Below, one piece after another: positions 19,390 through 28,135 of a DNA stretch of 64,000 nucleotides. The stretch is from a virus. Positions within the stretch are counted from its first letter, which is position 1; every line of letters starts with the position of its first letter. The notes under the pieces were generated by a model. That model searched no databases. It was not told where the DNA came from and worked only from the letters and a program-made list of their open reading frames with translations. The stretch lies in the IMG/VR virus record IMGVR_UViG_3300043436_003324; one strand, 5' to 3'. A program made the translations under genes and the position numbers.

Positions 19390-20365
19390 CTTTTTTTAAG
19401 ATTTGTATTAATTTATTTAAGTTAATGTCTTCTTTATCTGCAATTGATTTAATTGATTGTAGATTTTTTTTTATAATCCTATAAATAGGCGTCTCATCGT
19501 CAGATTTAAGTTTTTCTTTTTTTACAATATCTTCACTATCTGATTTTTTACTTAAAACTATTTCATCAATTAAAGTGTCTAACTTATCTTTTTCTAATTC
19601 AAACAATCTTCTTTTTGTATAACAATTTTTACACCTACCTTGTTTTTTTTCTTGTTTTAGTTCTAAATCTAATTTTTTATCAAAACCAAAAACTTTACAT
19701 CTCTCATCTCTTTCTAAAAAATCTTCAACTCCAAGTTCTTCCATAGATTTCATACATTCAGAATATGTTTTATCATATTCTGTTTCTTCACTACCAAACG
19801 TACCTGTTATGTCTTCTTCATCTATCACAGGTTTGTTTTCTTCGGATTCACCATAATAAATTCTTGCAAATGGGAATTGACTTACTTTAGACATTCTTGC
19901 CGTTTGATCCGTTGTTTTTCTTGGGTGATGACTTAATTTTAAAATAGGAACATTAGATCCAATTGGAGATCCGTCGGACGAAACCAATTCGTCAATTTCA
20001 CCATCGGTTTTTACTTCTTTATATTTTTCAGGAACTTTACTTGTTAGTTTAATCCCTAACTTTTGACCAAGTTTAACAATGAATGGTGTTGCAATTGATG
20101 ATCCAGGGACCAACTGAAAAACAATTAGAGGTATTAATTTTAATATATCTGAAGATTGATCTTTAATAAATTTTTTCTCTTCTTCATTTAAATCAAAATC
20201 TTTATTTTTTAAATAATCTTTGGTTGTTGAAATAAGTATTTTTACAAGTAACCTTGTTTCTTTTACTTCGCTAATTGCCAAATCTTTATATTTTTTTAAT
20301 GCACCCAAAACCGAACCAGTATTTTTTGGTTTGTCTTCACTTAACAAATTATTTGAATGTGACAT
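19382..20365 (-). CDS. Hypothetical protein with LETM1-like hydrophobic segment in the N-third
   Basis: EEEKKFIKDQSSDILKLIPLIVFQLVPG resembles the LETM1-family D-L-x-x-L-I-P...P-G segment; late motif at 20380-20386. Confidence 0.5.
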   Translation of the reverse strand: MSHSNNLLSEDKPKNTGSVLGALKKYKDLAISEVKETRLLVKILISTTKDYLKNKDFDLNEEEKKFIKDQSSDILKLIPLIVFQLVPGSSIATPFIVKLGQKLGIKLTSKVPEKYKEVKTDGEIDELVSSDGSPIGSNVPILKLSHHPRKTTDQTARMSKVSQFPFARIYYGESEENKPVIDEEDITGTFGSEETEYDKTYSECMKSMEELGVEDFLERDERCKVFGFDKKLDLELKQEKKQGRCKNCYTKRRLFELEKDKLDTLIDEIVLSKKSDSEDIVKKEKLKSDDETPIYRIIKKNLQSIKSIADKEDINLNKLIQILKKGE

Positions 20366-20379
20366 ATACAGTTTTTAAT

Positions 20380-20406
20380 ATAAATACTTTGATCTGTTGT
20401 ATTTAT
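20380..20406. promoter_or_regulatory. Back-to-back pair of putative late promoters (TATTTAT) at a strand switch
   Basis: ATAAATA 20380-20386 (minus) and TATTTAT 20400-20406 (plus), each 12-15 nt from a divergent start codon. Confidence 0.6.
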
Positions 20407-20418
20407 TAAATAAAAAGA

Positions 20419-23274
20419 ATGGCGGGACAAAATATTAATCAATATGTGTTTCAAAAATATAAAATAAACACCGTTAATGAGTCAATGGATATGTCATTGT
20501 CGTCAGATGAAAGAGATTATAACGAGGAAGTTATTTTTTCTCCATACCTTATTGCGGAAACCTACGGTAATAAATTACCAATTAATATTGATATTAATAA
20601 TCCATTAACATCTCAAGGATTAATATTAAATTATAAAAATTTTAATTCTAATAATGTTTTTGTTTCTCAAAATTACTATAACCCAAACAATGAAGATCTA
20701 ACTTGTTTTTCATCATCAACATTATGTGATGTAGGTTTAACAGGTATAGATAATGGTTTGGTTGATAAAATGACGGGGGAGACCTTAAATTATACAAAAG
20801 GATTATATAATGATTTTTTAAAATTTGACAGATTACATTTTGATAGAAGAATTAAATTATTCCAAGTAACGGGACACACCCAAAGTAATAATAAATTTTC
20901 AGGAATTACAAAAGACACTCTTTATGAGGTTGTAAGTAAAAACGATCCTCAGTTTGGTAAGTACCATGAATTGTACGGTGGTTTCTACCAAGGATTTTAC
21001 AAACTATTTGGATTTGATTATGAGGTTTTACCTGAAAGATCTTCTAAAGGTTGGTCGGTAGAAATGTTATTAAGACCTAGATTTGTTAATGAATACAATC
21101 CATTACCTACTGAAACAACTCTTAATGAGATGTACCCAAAAAATAAAAATACGTTTTTTTATTTTGGTACAAGAGCCGAAAATAAATTTTACCATCATGC
21201 TGATGGACACCCAAATTGTTTAACTGGTTATACAAGAGTTACTAATTCATTAAGTGGTTGTCCGTCAACATGTGCTTGTTGTGATAGAACAGTTACGGAT
21301 AGTAGATGTGTTTATGTTTACCCACCAAGATCTTATAATAACCAACATGATCCACATTTAAATTATGGATGTCCACTTTGTGGTGGGGACAAAAAAATCT
21401 CACTAACATGTGGTTGTGGTTGTAATGAAAGTTCATGTGAAACTTGTGGGTGGGAATGTCAAATACATAATTGTGAAACAGTAATTTTACCAACACCTAC
21501 CCCGTCACCAACACCAACACCTACCCCGTCATGTGAAACACAAACACCGGTATGTACACCAACCTGTACTAAATGTGAAACGTGCGATGAGTGTACAACT
21601 TGTGGACCAACGGGTTTTACTTCTATTGAGTACACATGTGAGACTGATCCATTGTTTGATGTTATGTCAAATAATATATCGTTTAAACTTTGTGGTGATG
21701 TGAAAAACCCACAGATTGGTGTAAAGGTATTAAGGTTTACTGGTGGTTGTGAAACAACGGGAACTTGCGTAACGGGTAAAACATATGTTACAGGATATAC
21801 TATTGATGAATATTGTTCACCACCAATTTATCCTTATTGTGAAATTGTTAACCCTGATTTCTTAAATGAGGAGCATTGGTTTTTAGTTAACGTAACTTGG
21901 GAAAGATATTCATGGTTTGATTTCTGCGATTTAAAATTTTATGGAGGTTTGTTTGACATTACTAAATTTGAATACTTGGAATCTTTGGCAAACAACAGTG
22001 TTGAATTAATAAGACCTCCTTTAACCCATAACAATAAAAGCGGAGAATTAATAGAATTAGTTAACTTAAATGAAACTTGGTTAGATGAAAAAAAACATAG
22101 ATTAGGAAGATTAAAGATTTATGTTAACGGTAAAAAAATATATACAATAGAGGACTTTGAAGAAGTAATACCAAGAGGTTTGTTTACCGATAAAGAAAAA
22201 CAAATAGGGGTTCCTTTTAATATCTCTTGGGGTGGTGGAACACAAGGATTACATGAAAATTTAACTTTTTCATCTTGTTCTGCGTTAACATCAAATTACA
22301 TACAAGATCCAGAATGTTTACCTAATAATATATTAAGTGGTACTACTTTATCGGGGTTAAGTACTAACATACTACTTGAACAAAATTTCGGGGGAACCTT
22401 TGATGGGGGGATATCTCAGTTCAGATTTTATATTGAACCTTTAGAATCCGACGAGATCAAACATAATTTTAAATTGTTGAAAGATAAATTTATTTTATTT
22501 GATCCTGATTGTCCTGATTGTGATACTAAATTTTGTAAGACAAATGATTTAACATATCAGATAAATGATGTTGTTACAAGTACAACAACAATAAATTCTT
22601 TACCACATAGTTTAGGTAGGGTTTATATTGAGGACAAAAGAGATTTAAATTATCTTATAAAAAACAACCAACGAACACTCCAACAAATATCAACACCACC
22701 AAAAGTTTTAACTCAAAGGTATTGGGACGCCAATGGATGGTGGGGAGATCAAGGAAACACACCTCAATGTGTTGGGTATTCGTGGTCACATTGGTTAGAA
22801 GATGGTCCTGTACAACAATCAGGAATTCCACCAATAATTAAACCTTTTGATATTTACAAGAACGCACAAAAATTAGACCAGTGGATTGGCGAAAATTATG
22901 AAGGAACATCGGTTCGTGGTGGTGTAAAATATTTAAAAAATATTGGTAAAGTAAAATCATATTATTGGGCATTTGATGTACAAACATTGTCTGAAACAAT
23001 TTTAAAATTAGGTCCTGTGGTTGTTGGGACTAATTGGTATAATGGAATGTTTTATCCTAATAAAACTGGGTTAATTAAAATTAGTGGACAGATGGTTGGT
23101 GGTCATGCCTACTTAATAAATGGTGTTGACACAAAAACAAAACAATTTAGAATAAAGAACAGTTGGGGTAAATCTTGGGGTAATGGTGGACATGCGTTTA
23201 TTTCGTTTAATGATATGTCAAGGTTAATAAAAGAAAATGGAGAAATCTGTTTGGCAATTGAATTAGGAAGTTAA
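20419..23274 (+). CDS. Large virion-associated protein: LamG/ConA-like scaffold with Cys-rich and PT inserts, plus a C-terminal papain-like (C1A) cysteine peptidase
   Basis: GGWSVE-type strands, LKIYVNG, FDGGISQFRFY..PL (LamG-like); DQG...QCVG, GGHA, KNSWG papain catalytic motifs from 22606. Confidence 0.75.
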   Translation: MAGQNINQYVFQKYKINTVNESMDMSLSSDERDYNEEVIFSPYLIAETYGNKLPINIDINNPLTSQGLILNYKNFNSNNVFVSQNYYNPNNEDLTCFSSSTLCDVGLTGIDNGLVDKMTGETLNYTKGLYNDFLKFDRLHFDRRIKLFQVTGHTQSNNKFSGITKDTLYEVVSKNDPQFGKYHELYGGFYQGFYKLFGFDYEVLPERSSKGWSVEMLLRPRFVNEYNPLPTETTLNEMYPKNKNTFFYFGTRAENKFYHHADGHPNCLTGYTRVTNSLSGCPSTCACCDRTVTDSRCVYVYPPRSYNNQHDPHLNYGCPLCGGDKKISLTCGCGCNESSCETCGWECQIHNCETVILPTPTPSPTPTPTPSCETQTPVCTPTCTKCETCDECTTCGPTGFTSIEYTCETDPLFDVMSNNISFKLCGDVKNPQIGVKVLRFTGGCETTGTCVTGKTYVTGYTIDEYCSPPIYPYCEIVNPDFLNEEHWFLVNVTWERYSWFDFCDLKFYGGLFDITKFEYLESLANNSVELIRPPLTHNNKSGELIELVNLNETWLDEKKHRLGRLKIYVNGKKIYTIEDFEEVIPRGLFTDKEKQIGVPFNISWGGGTQGLHENLTFSSCSALTSNYIQDPECLPNNILSGTTLSGLSTNILLEQNFGGTFDGGISQFRFYIEPLESDEIKHNFKLLKDKFILFDPDCPDCDTKFCKTNDLTYQINDVVTSTTTINSLPHSLGRVYIEDKRDLNYLIKNNQRTLQQISTPPKVLTQRYWDANGWWGDQGNTPQCVGYSWSHWLEDGPVQQSGIPPIIKPFDIYKNAQKLDQWIGENYEGTSVRGGVKYLKNIGKVKSYYWAFDVQTLSETILKLGPVVVGTNWYNGMFYPNKTGLIKISGQMVGGHAYLINGVDTKTKQFRIKNSWGKSWGNGGHAFISFNDMSRLIKENGEICLAIELGS

Positions 23275-23873
23275 TGAGTACAAGTATTACAATAGAAAGT
23301 ATTAATTTTATTGGGGAAAGTGTTACAGTACTTTTCAAACCCGATAACGATTTGGTTACAATTAATTTGGGTCCAATAACTCTACCGTTTATATTTTTTC
23401 CGGCTTCTTTAAACCCACCAAGAGAAGTATATGGAACATACACAATATTAGTGGATGAAAATAAATGTGTTAACATACTTAATGTTCCAAGAGTTACGCC
23501 AACACCAACACCGACGATTACTCCAACAAGAACTCAAACACCAACACCAACACCTACTAACACTCCAACAACGACTTTGGATCCTTGTAAAGTACCAACA
23601 CCAACACCTACGGTAACGCCAACAATAAGTTTAACTCCAACAATAACACCTACACCAAGTGCGACTTGTACTAATCCTTGTGGGTGTGGTGACCCAACAC
23701 CAACACCAACAGTTAAACCACCTAAACCAACACAAACTTGTACAAACCCTTGTGGATGTACCCCAACACCTACACCAACAGGAACTAATACTCCTATTTT
23801 TATATTTTATATTACCGGTGAAAACGGGAATAGGATATTGTCGGAAATAAGTGAGTACATAATTGCAGAATAA
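23274..23873 (+). CDS. Pro/Thr-repeat virion protein with small N-terminal beta domain
   Basis: About half the protein is (PT)n, with two CTNPCGC repeats. Confidence 0.7.
   Translation: MSTSITIESINFIGESVTVLFKPDNDLVTINLGPITLPFIFFPASLNPPREVYGTYTILVDENKCVNILNVPRVTPTPTPTITPTRTQTPTPTPTNTPTTTLDPCKVPTPTPTVTPTISLTPTITPTPSATCTNPCGCGDPTPTPTVKPPKPTQTCTNPCGCTPTPTPTGTNTPIFIFYITGENGNRILSEISEYIIAE
23500..23780 (+). repeat. Degenerate (ACACCA)n hexamer tracts encoding Pro-Thr repeats
   Basis: ccaacaccaacaccgacg..., caaacaccaacaccaacacctact..., gacccaacaccaacaccaaca. Confidence 0.85.
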
Positions 23874-23899
23874 ACTATTTATAAATTAAAAAATAAAAA

Positions 23900-25201
23900 A
23901 TGTCAGACGTTAAAATATCTCAATTTCCATATGTGGGTAATACAGGTTATACACCAAATGATTTGTTTGTGTTTGTTAACTACTTAAATCCTACCGGAAC
24001 AACAAGTAACACAAAAATAGACGACTTTAAAAATTTCATAATAATTGATTCTTATGATTATTTTCTACCATTAAGTGGGGGGAGTGTAACAGGATCAACA
24101 ACATTTACAAATGGATTAACCGCAAACACAATATCCGCAACAACATATCAAAATTTACCTAAAGATATATTTGTTACAGGAGGTACATATTCAAACGGGA
24201 GTACCACGTTTATAAACAATACAGGTGGTACATTTACAATTACAGGGTTTAGTACAACAACACCATTTACAGGTGGTACCGTATCAGGGGCGACTAATTT
24301 CACAAATGGTTTAACTGCGAACACAATATCTGCAACAACATATCAAAACTTACCTGTTGATCCTGATACTTTTGTGACAGGATTTACATACGGTAATAAT
24401 GTTTTTACAATAAAACAAAATAACGGACAACCTGATTTAACCGCAACAATTAATTCGGTAACAGGATTAACGGTTAATGGTAATCTAAATGTTACAGGTA
24501 ATACTTCTTTACAAGGATTAACCGCAACAACAATATCGGCAACAACAATATACGTTAGTCCTGGAGGTGCGAATGGAATAGTTCAAACTATTACTGGGTT
24601 AAACACAAACAATACTAATCCTGAAAATCCCGTTATTAATATTTCAGTTGATGGTGTTAGTATTACAGGTGATGGAACACCTGCAAATCCTTTAGTTTCT
24701 TCTAACCCAAATATAAATTTGCCGTCTTGTAAAATAAATATAAATGGTACCACAGGTTTATCAAACACAAACAATGGGGTTTTATTTTTATCTTTATTTA
24801 ATAATACCGTTTATAATACAAGTCCTTCTAATTTTGTAATTACAAATAGTAAAATTCAAATTGTAAATAATGGCAAATATCTAATATTAGGTAGATATTC
24901 AAGTTATGATATGTCAGATGGTACCGACTTTTTAAGTATTGGGGTTTTAAGTGCAACAACATCAGGTAATTTGGATTTAGGGACAACAATAGAGTATTTA
25001 GATAAAGGTTATATTGGGACAACAACAAATGGTGAAGCCAGTAAGAGTGGTAGTATGGTATATGTTGCCTCAGGAGGTGAATGGATTGGTCTTAATGCTT
25101 TACATGGTGGTGCTTCTGGTGGTAGTGGCACACAAGGGTACCCTGTTTTTGACAATTCACTTTTTAATCAACCATATCTTGAAATAATAAAAATATCATA
25201 A
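23900..25201 (+). CDS. Tail fibre/adhesin-like protein with GLTANTISATT repeats and probable C1q/TNF-like C-terminal head
   Basis: KISQFP fibre-type N-terminus; repeats at about 24101, 24299 and 24515; IQIVNNGKYLI...S..G jelly-roll pattern. Confidence 0.65.
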   Translation: MSDVKISQFPYVGNTGYTPNDLFVFVNYLNPTGTTSNTKIDDFKNFIIIDSYDYFLPLSGGSVTGSTTFTNGLTANTISATTYQNLPKDIFVTGGTYSNGSTTFINNTGGTFTITGFSTTTPFTGGTVSGATNFTNGLTANTISATTYQNLPVDPDTFVTGFTYGNNVFTIKQNNGQPDLTATINSVTGLTVNGNLNVTGNTSLQGLTATTISATTIYVSPGGANGIVQTITGLNTNNTNPENPVINISVDGVSITGDGTPANPLVSSNPNINLPSCKININGTTGLSNTNNGVLFLSLFNNTVYNTSPSNFVITNSKIQIVNNGKYLILGRYSSYDMSDGTDFLSIGVLSATTSGNLDLGTTIEYLDKGYIGTTTNGEASKSGSMVYVASGGEWIGLNALHGGASGGSGTQGYPVFDNSLFNQPYLEIIKIS

Positions 25202-25216
25202 ATAAAAATTAAAAAT

Positions 25217-25363
25217 ATGAATAATACTTGGGATAGTGTTACTTATTATATCTTAAATGGTGATATTAAATCTGAAGAAATTTATAAAACCAAAACAGAA
25301 ATAAACCAATGCCCGTCATATGGTGAAGGAATTTTTATTATTTATAATGAAATAAACCAATAA
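25217..25363 (+). CDS. Small hypothetical protein (48 aa), absent from the ORF track
   Basis: ATG 25217 after an A-run, MNNTWDSVTYYILNG...EINQ, TAA 25361-25363 directly before the next ATG. Confidence 0.55.
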   Translation: MNNTWDSVTYYILNGDIKSEEIYKTKTEINQCPSYGEGIFIIYNEINQ

Positions 25364-25364
25364 G

Positions 25365-25832
25365 ATGCCAAACGATATTACAATAACAAATATAACAGGA
25401 ACATCGCCATATGATTTATATGTTTGTGATGTTACAAATACTTTGTGTGTTTTTATATCAGGATTAACATCTGTTCCACCAAGTTATACTTTTATTGTTC
25501 CTCCACCATTAAATACTTCAGGGTCTTTATTAATTAAAATTATAGACGGAGATGGGTGTGAGAGGTTTGAGTATTACTCATGTGTAAGTCCCACACCAAC
25601 ACCAACCCCCACACCAACACCAAGTCCTTTACCAATATGTTATTGTACTGAGGCCATTGCATTAACCGATTCGGATGGTACTTTAGATTTTGTGGATTGT
25701 CTTGGCGTTACAAATACATCAGTCCCAATAATCTACACATCACCAACTTATTTTTGTGCGTCTGTTGTAACAAATTTATCTAATGTTAATATTGTTACCG
25801 GACCACCTTGTGTTTCTAATCTTTGTGTTTAA
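25365..25832 (+). CDS. Cys-containing Pro/Thr-repeat virion protein
   Basis: SPTPTPTPTPTPSP linker between two small Cys-rich beta domains. Confidence 0.65.
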   Translation: MPNDITITNITGTSPYDLYVCDVTNTLCVFISGLTSVPPSYTFIVPPPLNTSGSLLIKIIDGDGCERFEYYSCVSPTPTPTPTPTPSPLPICYCTEAIALTDSDGTLDFVDCLGVTNTSVPIIYTSPTYFCASVVTNLSNVNIVTGPPCVSNLCV

Positions 25833-25879
25833 ATTATTTATTTTAGTTCATTTGTTTATTATTTTTTAAAAAAAAAGTA

Positions 25880-27127
25880 ATGAAAATTTTTATACAAATT
25901 GCGTCTTATAGGGACCCACAATTAATACCAACAATCAAAAATTGTGTAGACAACTCAAAAAATCCACAGAATTTAGTTTTTTCAATTGCAAGACAATTTA
26001 ATCCTGAAGATAAGTTTGATGATCTCTCAGAATTTGAGTCCGATAAAAGATTTAAAATTTTAAACATTCCTTATCAAGAATCAAAAGGAGTTTGTTGGGC
26101 AAGAAATCTAACTCAACAACAATATGATGGTGAAGAATATACTTTACAGATAGATTCCCATATGCGTTTTGAAAAGGATTGGGATCAAACTTTAATTGAC
26201 ATGATTAAAGATTTACAAACCAAAGGTCATAAAAAACCATTATTAACTGGTTATGTGTCGTCTTTTGATCCTGACAATGATCCCCAAGGTAGAGTTTTAG
26301 AACCGTGGAGAATGACGTTTGACAGATTTACACCTGAAGGTTGTGTCTTCTTTCTTCCTGAAGTTATACCTAATTGGAAAAACCTAACGGAACCAATACC
26401 ATCAAGATTTTACTCGGCTCACTTTTGTTTCACATTAGGAGAATTTTCAAAAGAAGTTCAACACGATCCCGAATATTATTTTCACGGAGAAGAAATCTCA
26501 ATTGCCGTAAGGGCCTATACTCATGGATATGATTTATTTCATCCACATAAAATTGTTATTTGGCATGAGTACACAAGAAAAGGTAGAACAAAACAATGGG
26601 ACGACGATAAAGAATGGTATAAGAAAAATGAATCATCACATTCTAAAAATAGAAAACTTTTAGGTGTTGATGGTGAAATATTAAACGAGGAGATTGGAAT
26701 CTATGGGATGGGAACAGAACGTACCGTTACAGAGTACGAAAAATACTCAGGCATACTATTTTCAAAAAGAGCGGTACAACAATATACAATAGATAAGAAA
26801 TATCCACCAAACCCATACGATTATAAGAACGAGGAAGAATGGATTAATAGTTTCTCAATGATCTTTAAACATTGTATTGATGTTTCATTTAACGATGTTC
26901 CAGAAAATGATTATGAGTTTTGGGTTGTTGCATTTCACAATGAAAAAGATGAAACGCTCTTTAGAAAAGATGCGGACACAGGAGAAATTCTTAGGATGAA
27001 ACAAGATCCTGACGGATATTGTAAAGTATGGAGAGAGTTTAACACAACAGAGAAACCAAAGTACTGGGTTGTTTGGCCGTACTCAAAATCAAAAGGATGG
27101 TGTAATAGATTAACGGGAAATTTATAA
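25880..27127 (+). CDS. GT60-like polypeptide N-acetylglucosaminyltransferase (Gnt1/OGNT family)
   Basis: IFIQIASYRD, GVCWAR, YTLQIDSHMRF..DWD, FHGEEISIAVRAYTHGYD are the Gnt1-family signature. Confidence 0.85.
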   Translation: MKIFIQIASYRDPQLIPTIKNCVDNSKNPQNLVFSIARQFNPEDKFDDLSEFESDKRFKILNIPYQESKGVCWARNLTQQQYDGEEYTLQIDSHMRFEKDWDQTLIDMIKDLQTKGHKKPLLTGYVSSFDPDNDPQGRVLEPWRMTFDRFTPEGCVFFLPEVIPNWKNLTEPIPSRFYSAHFCFTLGEFSKEVQHDPEYYFHGEEISIAVRAYTHGYDLFHPHKIVIWHEYTRKGRTKQWDDDKEWYKKNESSHSKNRKLLGVDGEILNEEIGIYGMGTERTVTEYEKYSGILFSKRAVQQYTIDKKYPPNPYDYKNEEEWINSFSMIFKHCIDVSFNDVPENDYEFWVVAFHNEKDETLFRKDADTGEILRMKQDPDGYCKVWREFNTTEKPKYWVVWPYSKSKGWCNRLTGNL

Positions 27128-27130
27128 ATT

Positions 27131-28135
27131 GTGAATTTAGAAATTAGACACGAATTTAGGGACATTAGATTTGGTAATGATGAATTTTATGTGACAAGTT
27201 TTTTTAAAAAATTTTACGAAAAACTTAAAACAAAATATCCTAATCACAATTTTACGGTTAACAATAAAAAAGAATACGAAAAATATGGTCAAGGAGGAAT
27301 TCATAGTTGTATGAATTTTTCAATTATAAATCCGTTAAACAAAAATTATATACTAATTTCTTTTTTTGATAATTGGAAATATCATTTCATGTCTCACTTA
27401 GGGTGGGAGGCGAACAAAATGAAACAATTTTTTTACCCTGGAGGGTTTAATTTTTTAGACTATTTTAATTTTAAAGAAATCTCTAAAACTAACAGAGATT
27501 TAATATTCCCAAAAAACATAGATTCAATTTATAATTCATTTTATTACGGACCTTATTTTGATTCTTGTTATGATGAAATGAAAGTTTTATATAATAACAA
27601 ATCAAATATAGAAAAAAGTGATAAATTATATTTTAGAGGATGGTTATGGGATTTTAGAAAAGAAATGGTTAAAAACATTAATAGAGAAGATGTTTTAATA
27701 ATTGATAAAAATGAGAACAATCAAAATTTAAATTATAATACTTATTTAAACGAAACTTCACAATACGCCGCAGCACTAAGTTTACCTGGTGGTAATGAAA
27801 TGTGTAATAGGGATATTGAATGTTTTGGTATTGGTGTTCCTGTTATAAGACCTACATTGAATATTGAATATAATGATCCATTGATACCTAACTATCATTA
27901 CATTAGTTGTTATCATTTTTGTGACTATAGTGATGGGGGGCACCCAAAATACTTATCTTATGAAGATTTTAAAAAAAATTTATTAATAACATGGGATAAA
28001 GTAAAAAATAATAAAGAATATTTAAATTTTGTTTCTACTAATGCAAGGTCTTGGTTTGAAAGAAATTGTACTGTGGAAAACAACATTAATCATATTTTAG
28101 ATAAACTTAATTTAGAAAAATTATTAGAGGAATGA
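27131..28135 (+). CDS. Putative GT-B glycosyltransferase (GT90/CAP10- or exostosin-like)
   Basis: LYFRG, ALSLPG..C.RDIECFGIGVPVI, LIPNYHYI, NARSWFE; sits between two GTs. Confidence 0.55.
   Translation: MNLEIRHEFRDIRFGNDEFYVTSFFKKFYEKLKTKYPNHNFTVNNKKEYEKYGQGGIHSCMNFSIINPLNKNYILISFFDNWKYHFMSHLGWEANKMKQFFYPGGFNFLDYFNFKEISKTNRDLIFPKNIDSIYNSFYYGPYFDSCYDEMKVLYNNKSNIEKSDKLYFRGWLWDFRKEMVKNINREDVLIIDKNENNQNLNYNTYLNETSQYAAALSLPGGNEMCNRDIECFGIGVPVIRPTLNIEYNDPLIPNYHYISCYHFCDYSDGGHPKYLSYEDFKKNLLITWDKVKNNKEYLNFVSTNARSWFERNCTVENNINHILDKLNLEKLLEE

Noticed and set aside
23500-24560. Tandem repeats as a CRISPR array
   Set aside because: The repeats are in-frame coding PT and TANTISATT units with no unique spacers
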